In this document: positions 10,333-19,741 of the stretch, one piece after another
How positions within the stretch are numbered: position 1 is the stretch's first letter
How the letters are laid out: each line of letters starts with the position of its first letter
Source: Fibrobacter sp.
GTDB lineage: Bacteria > Fibrobacterota > Fibrobacteria > Fibrobacterales > Fibrobacteraceae
Direction of reading: 5' to 3'
Assembly (NCBI GenBank): GCA_017965445.1
Contig: JAGCPZ010000025.1
Coordinates: 41,782 to 105,781 of the forward strand
DNA: 64,000 nt
Notes under the pieces: generated by a model
Told to the model about the DNA's origin: nothing
Databases searched by the model: none
The model's input: the letters and a program-made list of their open reading frames with translations, nothing else
Program-made: the position numbers and the translations under genes

Positions 10333-10350
10333 TTATGGACAAAAAATCCA
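10333..10350. promoter_or_regulatory. Conserved palindromic motif upstream of esterase paralog 2
   Basis: TTATGGACAAAAAATCCA. Confidence 0.6.
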
Positions 10351-10410
10351 CATCAAGAAAACGCCTCGACCGAATCGATCGAGACGCTTGGTTGTTGGAG
10401 TGTGGATGTT

Positions 10411-11595
10411 TTAAAAATTCTTACACTGGGTTTTCCACTTGCCTTGATGGCCTATAATGTTTCCGTCAATGTACTTGCCGGACGTTCCCACGAAATCCGT
10501 CTTACGGAAATCTTCGCCGCCAATTTGCCAGCGCATCCATGCAATCGTTGCCGCCATGCCGTCCCAAGAGCCGGAACCGTGACCGTAGCCGCCTTCACTA
10601 TTATTCTTCGGGCCACCCGTCATTTCGATAAGGCAGGACTTGACTTTCGTCGCAGTTTCATAATCCTTGATGGCGTTCGGCTTTTCCATGCCGACTTCGC
10701 CATAGAGCACCGCAGCCGTTTTACCTTCCGGGAAATTCTTGATGACGCCGCCGTTCTTGTCGCCACTATTGTTGAGGAACGCCGTAAACACGCGCTTATC
10801 CTTGATTGCCGCCTGTTCGGATTCCAAACCACCCATAGAGTGACCGGAACAGCCCACCTTCGTCAATTCCAGCTTTTGGTAGAACAAATCGTTGGAATCC
10901 TTGTTCTTGTTTTCGAGCCAGTCAATAGCCTTGATAGCCTGCGATGCATCGCCCGGAGATACGCTTAGTGCAATCACCACGAAACCGTGAGAAGCCAAAC
11001 GGCGAATCATGCCGCCGTATGCGCCCGGTTCGGTGCCGCCACCCGGCCCCCACACGACAACGCCATGTTTTTGCATACTGGAAAGCTGTTTCGGATAGGC
11101 AAGAATTCCTTTGCCATCCCAGCCGGTATTTTCTTTATACTCCACCTGTAGCACGTCTTTTTCTTCTTCCTTGCTTTCAGGAAGGAAAATGCCTACCGGT
11201 TTCGGAGTTTCGCTAGAAGAAGAGACTTCGCTAGAGGAACTAGCCGGCTTTACCGCCTCACTGGAACTAGATGCCGGGACCACAGCACTCGATGCTGGCG
11301 CCCCCGCGCTGGATGTAGGAGCATCACTCGAAAGAGGTACAACATCGGCACTGGAGAGTGGATTCTGGACGTCCGCACTAGAGGCCGGCGCATCCGCACT
11401 CGAACTCGGGACAGACACGTCCGGAGCCTCGACAGAAGAAGAACTCAATGTCGGACTTGCAACATCGGAACTCGACACGATACCCGGAAGTCCACTATTC
11501 GGATTGAAATTGGGTGCCGTAGAGGCATCATCTCCACAATTTATAAAGGCAAGAGCGCCAGTAAATACAGCGCACCTCAATAATCCTGATTTCAT
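10411..11595 (-). CDS. Lipoprotein alpha/beta-hydrolase (cutinase/chlorophyllase-like esterase), paralog 1
   Basis: FINC lipobox, Ser-rich linker, GCSGHSMGG. Confidence 0.8.
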   Translation of the reverse strand: MKSGLLRCAVFTGALAFINCGDDASTAPNFNPNSGLPGIVSSSDVASPTLSSSSVEAPDVSVPSSSADAPASSADVQNPLSSADVVPLSSDAPTSSAGAPASSAVVPASSSSEAVKPASSSSEVSSSSETPKPVGIFLPESKEEEKDVLQVEYKENTGWDGKGILAYPKQLSSMQKHGVVVWGPGGGTEPGAYGGMIRRLASHGFVVIALSVSPGDASQAIKAIDWLENKNKDSNDLFYQKLELTKVGCSGHSMGGLESEQAAIKDKRVFTAFLNNSGDKNGGVIKNFPEGKTAAVLYGEVGMEKPNAIKDYETATKVKSCLIEMTGGPKNNSEGGYGHGSGSWDGMAATIAWMRWQIGGEDFRKTDFVGTSGKYIDGNIIGHQGKWKTQCKNF

Positions 11596-11710
11596 TCCCT
11601 GAACTCCTCTTCCACATCACAAAAACAAATATCCCATACACCGCCCATACACGATGCTATCCATAAAATAGACCTAAAAAAAGCTTGTGACTAGCATCAC
11701 AGATCACCTT

Positions 11711-11728
11711 TTATGGATAAAAAATCCA
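11711..11728. promoter_or_regulatory. Conserved palindromic motif upstream of esterase paralog 1
   Basis: TTATGGATAAAAAATCCA, containing the perfect palindrome TGGAT-N5-ATCCA. Confidence 0.6.
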
Positions 11729-11746
11729 AACACAGGGCAATGATTA

Positions 11747-11772
11747 AAAAAATCCGGTTCTCGCCGGATTTT
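11747..11772 (-). terminator. Intrinsic terminator after folE
   Basis: AAAAATCCGG-TTCTCG-CCGGATTTTT. Confidence 0.65.
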
Positions 11773-11797
11773 TCTTTTTTTATTCGAAATGCAAAAA

Positions 11798-12364
11798 TTA
11801 CCGAGGTGCGTAAATCCGCGACATGAACTCGGCGCGAGTTTTTTCGTCCGTCTTGAAACGGCCGAGAAGCTGCGTCGTGACCATCATCGCACCCGGCTTT
11901 TTCACGCCGCGCATCGTCATGCACATGTGAGATGCTTCGAGAACCACCGCGACACCCTTCGGCTGTAGCACCTTCTGGATGAGTTCCGCAATTTGGCGAG
12001 TCATGCGTTCCTGAATCTGCGGGAAGCGGGCGTAAAATTCCACCACGCGCGGGATTTTCGAAAGACCGACAACGCAATCGCCAGGAATATAGGCCACATG
12101 CGCCTTGCCTGTGAACGGCAGAAAATGGTGTTCGCACATGCTCGCAAATTCGATGTCCGGCACGATAATCATCTCGTCGTACTTCTCGTGGAAACGCGTC
12201 TTGAGAATATCTTCAGCCTTCATTTCGCCCGAAAGGCCCGTCATGAGTTCGGCATACATCTTAGCAACGCGCTTCGGCGTATCAATAAGGCCTTCGCGGT
12301 TCGGGTCTTCGCCCATGCCGGTGAGAATCATCCGGAAGCCGTCTTCCATCATCTTTAAATTCAT
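11798..12364 (-). CDS. folE: GTP cyclohydrolase I
   Basis: [55 protein letters not shown]. Confidence 0.97.
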   Translation of the reverse strand: MNLKMMEDGFRMILTGMGEDPNREGLIDTPKRVAKMYAELMTGLSGEMKAEDILKTRFHEKYDEMIIVPDIEFASMCEHHFLPFTGKAHVAYIPGDCVVGLSKIPRVVEFYARFPQIQERMTRQIAELIQKVLQPKGVAVVLEASHMCMTMRGVKKPGAMMVTTQLLGRFKTDEKTRAEFMSRIYAPR

Positions 12365-12505
12365 AATGTGCCTGCAGCTATGAGGTATGAGGTCGGTCGC
12401 CTACGGCTCCCTTCGAGGTATGGGAATACATCTAGAATCGCCAAGGCAGTGCAAAGATAGTAAAACGTCAAGAGTTACAAGTTACTAGTTACTGCGGCAA
12501 AGCCG

Positions 12506-13096
12506 TTACACCCACTCAACATCGTTCCCAGTACGTGGCGTTTCCGCACGGTTCGGGAGGCCGCTTTCGGTGTCGGCGTAACCAATCGCGACAGAGGCAT
12601 ACACGCGCTCGTCTTCCTTGAGGCCGAGCGAGCGGAGGTATTCCAAAAGCGTCGGGTCCTCGTTCAGCCATTTGAGCTGGTTGATGTAGCAACTGCCGAG
12701 ATCGAGTTCGTTCGCCGCAAGCATTATGTTTTCGACAGCGCAGGCGACATCCGCCATGTTGTTGCCGTATTCCTTCTTGTTCGCAACCACGATAAGCACA
12801 GGCGCCGTGTAGCAGAACGAATAATTCCCCTTCTGCGAAAGACGAATGGAATTTTGCAAACTCTTGTAGAGGTCTTCGCGGAGTTCCATCTTTGCAAACG
12901 CAGTCTGCACCAGTTCCTTGAGTTTCGCGATGGCGGTCGCATCCGAAATCACGAAGAAGTGGTTGCTCTGCGCATTGCCGCCAGTGGGTCCAAAGCGGCC
13001 CGCCTCGACGATGGCTTCGAGCTTTTCACGTTCAACAGGCTTCTGCAAAAACTTGCGAGTGCTGCGGCGCGTCTTGATTGCTTCAAGAGTATTCAT
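12506..13096 (-). CDS. Nitroreductase family protein
   Basis: IKTRRSTRKF, GPTGGNAQ, ENIMLAANELDLGSCYI, AIGY. Confidence 0.9.
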   Translation of the reverse strand: MNTLEAIKTRRSTRKFLQKPVEREKLEAIVEAGRFGPTGGNAQSNHFFVISDATAIAKLKELVQTAFAKMELREDLYKSLQNSIRLSQKGNYSFCYTAPVLIVVANKKEYGNNMADVACAVENIMLAANELDLGSCYINQLKWLNEDPTLLEYLRSLGLKEDERVYASVAIGYADTESGLPNRAETPRTGNDVEWV

Positions 13097-13129
13097 AATT
13101 AACCTTCTACTAGATCCTTCCGCCTAAAA

Positions 13130-14488
13130 CTACTTCTCCAGCGGGAGTATCAAAATTCTGGACTTGCGCTTTTGATTGTAATGTTCGCGTTTGCTCTTCG
13201 GCAAATCCTGAACCGTACCATCCTCGAATCCGAGCTGGTAGAACCAATCGAGCGCCTGCGTCGTGAGCAAGAACAGAGTCTTGTAACCCTTCATGCGGCC
13301 AAGCGAAATCAGGTGGCGCACAATAGCCTCGCCAATGCCGGACTTGCGGTAGTTCGCGCCGACGGCAATACCCGCCACCTCGGCCATGCCATTCTCGAAC
13401 GCATGGAGCGCACCGCAACCGTGGATGCTGTTGTCAATGCTATAGACAACATAATCATCCAGTTTTTCGGAAATGGAATCCTGCGTACGCTGCACCAGGT
13501 AGCCCTTCGCGATGTAATCCTGCATAATCCGCAAAATATCCGGGATATCCTCGATGTTTGCCGGACGGATGCACGAATACTGGTTCGCATACACCATCGT
13601 TCCGTCACCGCGAGCGCTGAACACTTCTTGCAGCACGCTTCCCTGGAATTCGCCGCTCAACAAGTGAACACGGTTCGCCCCCGCCTCGCAGGCGTTTATG
13701 GCGTTCATCAAGTAGTCCATCTGCGCAAAGTTAAGCACGTCAGAATTGAGTTCCAGAAGTTCCTTTGCCTGATCCACGTCCATTGCCGAAATCAGCCCGT
13801 TGTCCGTCGGTTCAAGATACTTCGTATTCTTGCCCGTCACAAGGCCATCGAGCTTGATGCCGCTCTGGCTACCGATAAAGAACAGCTTGCCGACCTGCAA
13901 GTACTTGCAGAGTTCCGTCGCGAGTTCCGTACTCGAAATATTGTAGGCATGCCCAATCTTGTTCCAACCAATCGGCGGAATGATAGGCACAAACTTCTCG
14001 TTCATGAGCTGTTCCAAGAGGTCGCGCTGGATACGTTCAATGCGGCCTGTACGCATATAGTCGATGCCGTTGATAACGCCCATGCTGCGCGCCAGAATCC
14101 AGTTACCCTGAATCCCGCTGAGCCCGCTGGCCGTCAAGTGGCTCATGATGCGTTGCGCAACACCCAAGGATGCCTGCTCGATAAGCGGCAAAGCCTCTTC
14201 GCTCGTAAGTCTCACGCCATTGTAGAATTCCGTTTCAAGATCCCAGGCCTTGAGCTGCGCATCGATACTGTTTCGCGTCCCCGGCACAATGATAATGCGG
14301 ATGCCCGCCTTGTGGAGGAGGGCAATATCCCGCATCAGCACGGGGAACATCGGATGGTCCATCAGGCTATCGTCGATTTTCAGGACGAACAGCTGCCCCT
14401 TGAACCTATCCATGTAACCAAACACTTCCCGGATGAACCCGGCAACTTCGAAGTGCTGAGAATAAAAATCGGACGTCGCGTTACTCAT
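13130..14488 (-). CDS. argA: Amino-acid N-acetyltransferase (N-acetylglutamate synthase)
   Basis: AAK-like N-domain (RDIALLHKAGIRIIIVPG) plus C-terminal GNAT (GCGALH, LFLLTTQALDWF, YNQKRKSRIL). ATG at 14488 preferred over the track start at 14524. Confidence 0.92.
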   Translation of the reverse strand: MSNATSDFYSQHFEVAGFIREVFGYMDRFKGQLFVLKIDDSLMDHPMFPVLMRDIALLHKAGIRIIIVPGTRNSIDAQLKAWDLETEFYNGVRLTSEEALPLIEQASLGVAQRIMSHLTASGLSGIQGNWILARSMGVINGIDYMRTGRIERIQRDLLEQLMNEKFVPIIPPIGWNKIGHAYNISSTELATELCKYLQVGKLFFIGSQSGIKLDGLVTGKNTKYLEPTDNGLISAMDVDQAKELLELNSDVLNFAQMDYLMNAINACEAGANRVHLLSGEFQGSVLQEVFSARGDGTMVYANQYSCIRPANIEDIPDILRIMQDYIAKGYLVQRTQDSISEKLDDYVVYSIDNSIHGCGALHAFENGMAEVAGIAVGANYRKSGIGEAIVRHLISLGRMKGYKTLFLLTTQALDWFYQLGFEDGTVQDLPKSKREHYNQKRKSRILILPLEK

Positions 14489-14560
14489 GGCATAAAAAGT
14501 AGCAACAGAAAAAGCGAAGGACAAAACATCCTTCGCATTTAAACATCAAAATCGCAATTT

Positions 14561-15427
14561 TTACTTCGCCGGAACGACAGAACCTTTTGCCGGGGCAAGC
14601 GTCCCGCCAGCAGGGGCTTCCGCAAAGACTTGCAACAGTTCCACCTCGAACACGAGGAGCGCGTTCGCCGGAATATTTGGCGGAGCACCGGTTTCGCCAT
14701 AGCCCAGCGCACTCGGAATCCAAGCCTTCACCTTTTCGCCGACCTTCATTTCCAGGAGCAGGTCCTGCCAGCCTTCGATGACCGCCGTCACCGGGAACTC
14801 CATCGGGGAACCGCGCCTAATACTATTGTCAAATTCCGTTCCGTCAAGCAACGTGCCAATGTAATGCACCTGCACCTTGTCCGACGCCTTGGGCTTGATT
14901 CCTGTACCTTCTTTAAGGATAATATACTGGACTCCCTTAGTCGTCACCTTGACGTTCGGATCCTGGATATTCTTTGCGAGGAACGCCGCCTGTTCGCCCA
15001 AAGCCTTGCGGGCCGCAGCCGCATCGTCAACATCCTTCTGCATCTGCATCTGGGAGAGCAGGTCCTGCAGAGCTACTTCGGACTGTGAATCCGTCATGAG
15101 GACTTCACGGCTAGGATCGAGAACATCCCGCATTGCGTCAATGAGGACATCCAGCTTCACGGGGACGTTGATATTGGAAACCGCGCGCCCGAAATCCACG
15201 CCAAGCGCATAGCTGTAGCGGTCAACAGCATTGTCCAGGAACACTTTCGGCTCTTGAGACGGAGGAGTTTCCGGGGCTGGCGAAAGCTCGGGAGCTTCCA
15301 CAGGAGCCATTTTTGCCCCCGAACCGTTTGCGGAGGTGCCATCCTGATTGACAACGGGCTTGCTTCCACCACACGCAACAAGCGCCCCCCCAGCAACAAA
15401 AATCGGCAAAAAGCTGGAAATTTTCAT
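14561..15427 (-). CDS. FKBP-type peptidyl-prolyl isomerase lipoprotein (Mip/FkpA-like)
   Basis: LVAC lipobox, YSYALG, VQVHYIGTLLDGTEFDNS, VIEGWQ, IPSALGYG, LVFEVELL. Confidence 0.93.
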   Translation of the reverse strand: MKISSFLPIFVAGGALVACGGSKPVVNQDGTSANGSGAKMAPVEAPELSPAPETPPSQEPKVFLDNAVDRYSYALGVDFGRAVSNINVPVKLDVLIDAMRDVLDPSREVLMTDSQSEVALQDLLSQMQMQKDVDDAAAARKALGEQAAFLAKNIQDPNVKVTTKGVQYIILKEGTGIKPKASDKVQVHYIGTLLDGTEFDNSIRRGSPMEFPVTAVIEGWQDLLLEMKVGEKVKAWIPSALGYGETGAPPNIPANALLVFEVELLQVFAEAPAGGTLAPAKGSVVPAK

Positions 15428-15602
15428 AAAACCGGCTCCAAATCAAAAAAAATTGCCACAATAAAATATGTTTTTATGCCCCAAAAGCGCTAAAAAATGT
15501 AATAAAATTCAAAAAAATTCCACAATTGTAAACGAAAACACACATAACCCCTTTAAAAAAAGTTACAATTATGCTATCTTTACGCTGAAGGGAAAAAAAC
15601 CT

Positions 15603-15854
15603 ATGAAAAACAGCTTTAAGTGTTATATAGATTCTGCGACGGCACAGAAACGCCTGTTCGATGAATCCGTTGATAACGTTAAAGATTCCTTAACCAAGTT
15701 CATCACGGAATCTTCCTATCAGGGTTATGAAGATTTGCACCTCGAGAAAAAGCCCGAACCTGTTTATTCTACCGGCTGGCTCAAGGGCGCCCTCTCCTAC
15801 CCCTGGGCACTCGTAAGCGTAATCATACCTTCATTCCTCGAAGACATCTTTTAA
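15603..15854 (+). CDS. Small hypothetical protein with hydrophobic C-terminus
   Basis: ATG at 15603 (MKNSFKCY...) with host-like codon usage; no motif recognised. Confidence 0.5.
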   Translation: MKNSFKCYIDSATAQKRLFDESVDNVKDSLTKFITESSYQGYEDLHLEKKPEPVYSTGWLKGALSYPWALVSVIIPSFLEDIF

Positions 15855-15880
15855 CTATTATCTTTAAAGCTCTTTCGATT

Positions 15881-15954
15881 GTCATGCCCGCCACCGCGGG
15901 CTTTGTTTTTTTACAGGACGCCCTCCTTTTTATTTGTCAACCGCGGGCATCTCC
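15881..15954 (+). repeat. YGTCA-tagged palindromic (REP-like) element, split or partly duplicated
   Basis: GTCATGCCCGCCACCGCGGGC...CCGCGGGCATCTCC; same ends as the element at 35780. Confidence 0.6.
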
Positions 15955-16022
15955 TTTTTTAATCAGAAAATCCCTTTAGTGGCAAGTCCAATTTTTTTAA
16001 ATTTGAAAAAAACGGAGATTTT

Positions 16023-16862
16023 ATGGCAGCACTCATTTTGGACGGCAAGGCTCTTGCCAAGACCACTGAAGAAGAACTCAGCGCCCGCGTGGCAAAGCTC
16101 AAGGAAAAGACCGGCAAGACCCCGATTCTTGCGACGATTCTCGTGGGCGACGATCCGGCAAGCGCCACATACGTCAAGATGAAAGGCAACGCCTGCGCCC
16201 GTGTGGGCATGGAAAGCATCCGCGTGGTAATGGACAAGAACACCACGACCAAGGAACTCCTCGACAAAATCCAGGAACTCAACGAAAACCCGAACGTCCA
16301 CGGCATCCTCCTGCAGCACCCGGTCCCGCGCCACATCGACGAACGCGCCGCCTTCGAAGCAATTGACGCCCGCAAGGATGTCGATGGCGTGACCTGCCTC
16401 GGTTTTGGCCGCATGTCCATGGGTGAAAAAGCCTACGGTTGCGCAACGCCGGCCGGCATCATGAGACTCCTCAAGGCCTACAACATCCCGCTTTCTGGCA
16501 AGCATGCCGTGGTCGTTGGCCGCAGCGCCATCCTCGGTAAGCCGATGGCGATGATGCTTTTGAACGCGAACTGCACCGTGACCATCTGCCACAGCAAGAC
16601 CGAGAACCTCCCGGAATTCGTGAAGCAAGCGGACATCCTGGTCGGCGCCGTGGGCAAGCCGGAATTCATCAAGAAGTCCTGGATCAAGCCGGGGGCAGTC
16701 GTCGTCGATGCCGGTTACCATCCGGGTGGCGTAGGCGATATCGAAAAAGGTCTCGAAGAAGTCGCATCCGCATACACTCCGGTTCCGGGCGGTGTCGGCC
16801 CCATGACCATCAACACCCTCATCTACCAGAGCGTGGAATCCGGCGAATCGTTGATTAAGTAG
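16023..16862 (+). CDS. folD: Bifunctional methylenetetrahydrofolate dehydrogenase/cyclohydrolase
   Basis: [50 protein letters not shown]. Confidence 0.97.
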   Translation: MAALILDGKALAKTTEEELSARVAKLKEKTGKTPILATILVGDDPASATYVKMKGNACARVGMESIRVVMDKNTTTKELLDKIQELNENPNVHGILLQHPVPRHIDERAAFEAIDARKDVDGVTCLGFGRMSMGEKAYGCATPAGIMRLLKAYNIPLSGKHAVVVGRSAILGKPMAMMLLNANCTVTICHSKTENLPEFVKQADILVGAVGKPEFIKKSWIKPGAVVVDAGYHPGGVGDIEKGLEEVASAYTPVPGGVGPMTINTLIYQSVESGESLIK

Positions 16863-16975
16863 GTTTCAGGGATCAGGTGTCAGGTATCAGGGATCAGGAA
16901 TTAGGAAACGTCATCCTGAACACCAGTGAAGGATCCAGTAACTGGATTCTTCGCCATAAATGGCTCGGAATGACG
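16863..16975 (+). repeat. Heptamer array (TCAGGGA-like) followed by an inverted pair of YGTCA-tagged palindromes
   Basis: TCAGGGA TCAGGTG TCAGGTA TCAGGGA TCAGGAA TTAGGAA, then CGTCATCCTGAACACCAGTGAAGGATCCAG...CTGGATTCTTCG...CTCGGAATGACG. Confidence 0.75.
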
Positions 16976-17920
16976 CGCAAGATAACGGAGAGCGCCCGAG
17001 TGGCGCTTTTCGCTTTGTGCGCTTTGTTGTCTGCACAAGCCACCGCCGCATCCGAATTGCAAAAGCAGATGGTGCGCGACATGAAAAAATGCGGCAGCAC
17101 CACCGAAGAAGTCACATGCGTTGTCGAAGGCAAGGATGAATGGCTGTTCTTGCAAGAAAGCCTCTTGAACGCCACCAAACGCTGGACCGACAACACGCCA
17201 CAAATCATCGCATTCAAGGACTCGCTCGAAAGCCGCGGCGTCAAGCTCATCGTCGTCCCCGTTCCAGACAAACTACAAATCGTCCCTGAATATTATTCCG
17301 ACAAAGCTAAAAAAGGCATCAACCTCCCGCAATACAAAAAGTGGGTCCAAAAACTCCGCAAGAAAAACGTCACCGTCATTGACGCCCTCGACAAGTTCAA
17401 GGAACTTCACAAAGAACAAGGCAATGAAACTCCCTTGTTTGAACCGTACGAAAGCCACTGCACAGGTCCTGCGAGGTTCGTGCTCGCCAAAATGGCAGCC
17501 GATTCCATCGCACCGCTCCTCTACGGCATGAACCGCAAACACTTTCCACTACACGACACCATCGTCGATGGCACCGGGAACCTCTACGAACTGCTCCACG
17601 ACAAGGAAATCGAGTACAAAATCCAGGAACCGAAAGTCGTAGGCACCGACGGCTATAAATACCGCGGTTCAAAGAAAGCACCGATTATCATCATCGGCGA
17701 TAGCAACGTGGGGCAGGGCAAATCTTACGGAGCCCACATCGGAGCGTACATTGCGGCACTGACAAGCGTCGAAACTTTCACCATCAGCAAAGTCGGCGGC
17801 GGGAACATCGGCCCGCAAATGTTCAAGGGCAAATCCAAGTTCCTAGAAGGCAAAAAAGCTGTCGTCTGGGTATTCGACGGCCGCGAACTCTATGGGCATT
17901 TCAAAGCGCCGGAATTCTAG
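16970..17920 (+). CDS. AlgX/AlgJ-like SGNH polysaccharide O-acetyltransferase-related periplasmic protein
   Basis: EGKDEWLFL, LIVVPVPDK, ESHC (DxHW-equivalent), IIIIGDSN. ATG at 16970 gives a signal peptide; the track start at 16877 runs through repeat DNA. Confidence 0.72.
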   Translation: MTRKITESARVALFALCALLSAQATAASELQKQMVRDMKKCGSTTEEVTCVVEGKDEWLFLQESLLNATKRWTDNTPQIIAFKDSLESRGVKLIVVPVPDKLQIVPEYYSDKAKKGINLPQYKKWVQKLRKKNVTVIDALDKFKELHKEQGNETPLFEPYESHCTGPARFVLAKMAADSIAPLLYGMNRKHFPLHDTIVDGTGNLYELLHDKEIEYKIQEPKVVGTDGYKYRGSKKAPIIIIGDSNVGQGKSYGAHIGAYIAALTSVETFTISKVGGGNIGPQMFKGKSKFLEGKKAVVWVFDGRELYGHFKAPEF

Positions 17921-17985
17921 AATTCCCTAATTCCATAAAATTAGGCTAATTTTTATAAATTAGATTAAGGAGGAAATATAGGAAT

Positions 17986-19722
17986 ATGAAATTTGCTTTT
18001 ATTATGGTGCTGGGACTGCTTGCGGTTCAGACGAATGCAGCAAATGCGACTATGAAAGGCGATGGCACTGTCCAAAATCCCTTTCAGATAGATGATTACG
18101 AAGACCTCAAGGCTATCGGTAAAGAAAATTACCTCTATTCATCTAATTACATTTTGACCGCGGATATCGACGCCTCACTTTCTCAACAAGAGAATTGCGA
18201 TCACTATAGTTGTTTTGGCTTTGTGCCTATTGGTTTGGATCGGGATGCTGCGGGTAATACAGATTTCACGGGGAATATTGATGGAAAAAATCATATCATT
18301 AGCGGCTTGTACATTCGTTATCTTTCAGATTCACATTTAGCGTTTATTGCAAGATTGAAAGGTTCTGTTGTCAACTTGAATTTCGACAACATAGAGGTTG
18401 TTAGCGATTCTGGAAACTGCGGAAGCGTTGCAGGAGTGTTGAATGGGCAAATCCAGAATGTTCACGTCACGAAAGGAAATATCCAGGGCGCAGACCGCGT
18501 TGGTGGTATCGTGGGGGCTTTTACAAAAGCCGATTCGGTTGACGCCATTATGAAAAACGTTTCTTATCAGGGAAATGTCGAAGGAACGAACGATGTCGGC
18601 GGCATTGCCGGAGTTTCGGAAGCGGACATAATCAATGCATCTGTTGAAGTGAATATTCAGGCACGGCAAAAACGAATCGGCGGTATCGTTGGTAATAATA
18701 AGGGGCGTATAATCAACGGACAAACTAAAGGATCGATTGTTCCCCTCACATCTGAAGTCGAATATGTTGGCGGTATTGCCGGCTATTCTATGGGACTTAT
18801 TTCTGTTTGCGCATCGTCTATAGACTTGAAGAAAAAATCATCATATATATTGTATATGGAAATGGGAGGAATTGCAGGAGAGAATGGAGGACGGATAGAA
18901 TACTCTTATGCTACCGGAAATATTGAAGGAGAGCGTGTTATCGGCGGAATTGCAGGGGTGAATACTGGCCTTATAGAAAATTCGTACGCACAAACTGATA
19001 TCATCGGCGAAAAAACGGTTGGCGGGCTTGTAGGATACATCGCGGGACAATACTTGATTGAAGAAGATTCCTTGATAAAAATATCTGAGGGAAATGTTTC
19101 GACAAGTTATGCAGCAAATACAATGCTAAGAAGATATAATGGAGAGTATTGGGGAGGGTTAATTGGTGTTGGTAGTGACTGTACTTGTGACAATTCGTAT
19201 TGGGATTCCGAATTGTCGAAAATGAAAACAAGTAATGGAGGCGTAGGCCTTACCACTGCAGAGATGATGAAAAAATCTTCTTTTGTAGGATGGGATACTA
19301 TTGGCTATAAAAGTGGATCCGGTAAGTTTGTCAATGTCTGGAAATTTGATGAAGGAAAGTCTTACCCCACTTTTAACGATGAATTTATTGCATTGAAGAT
19401 TCAGTCAAGCAGCTTAGATGATGATCCTAATGGCGGGAAGGTTGCTGTTGCGCAAAACAGAACAGTCGCAGATAAACGCTCGTTCGGGACAATGCTTAAA
19501 AATGGGAAAATTGAAATCCGCTTTGAAATTCCATCCACTGCAGTTGTGAAATTTTCGCTGCTTGACATGCAAGGTCGTGTTGTGAAAACACAAAACATCG
19601 GACGTCGTGCAGCAGGCCTGCATTACGAAAACATTGATGCAGAAAATCTCGCACGCGGAAGATACTTTGGCATATTAAACGTCAATGGCAAAGTCTACGA
19701 AAAAACAATTTTGCTGAAGTAG
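17986..19722 (+). CDS. Secreted GLUG-repeat beta-helix protein with C-terminal sorting-like domain
   Basis: GDGTVQNPFQI, FTGNIDGKNHIISGL, many VGGI[AV]G repeats, C-terminal FSLLDMQGRVVK...LARGRYF; SD AGGAGG. Confidence 0.8.
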   Translation: MKFAFIMVLGLLAVQTNAANATMKGDGTVQNPFQIDDYEDLKAIGKENYLYSSNYILTADIDASLSQQENCDHYSCFGFVPIGLDRDAAGNTDFTGNIDGKNHIISGLYIRYLSDSHLAFIARLKGSVVNLNFDNIEVVSDSGNCGSVAGVLNGQIQNVHVTKGNIQGADRVGGIVGAFTKADSVDAIMKNVSYQGNVEGTNDVGGIAGVSEADIINASVEVNIQARQKRIGGIVGNNKGRIINGQTKGSIVPLTSEVEYVGGIAGYSMGLISVCASSIDLKKKSSYILYMEMGGIAGENGGRIEYSYATGNIEGERVIGGIAGVNTGLIENSYAQTDIIGEKTVGGLVGYIAGQYLIEEDSLIKISEGNVSTSYAANTMLRRYNGEYWGGLIGVGSDCTCDNSYWDSELSKMKTSNGGVGLTTAEMMKKSSFVGWDTIGYKSGSGKFVNVWKFDEGKSYPTFNDEFIALKIQSSSLDDDPNGGKVAVAQNRTVADKRSFGTMLKNGKIEIRFEIPSTAVVKFSLLDMQGRVVKTQNIGRRAAGLHYENIDAENLARGRYFGILNVNGKVYEKTILLK

Positions 19723-19741
19723 ATAATGTTCGTCCAAACCA

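Noticed and set aside
11798-16862. Folate-related riboswitch near folE/folD
   Set aside because: Upstream regions contain only heptamer/palindromic repeats and AT-rich promoter DNA; no THF- or ZTP-like consensus recognised
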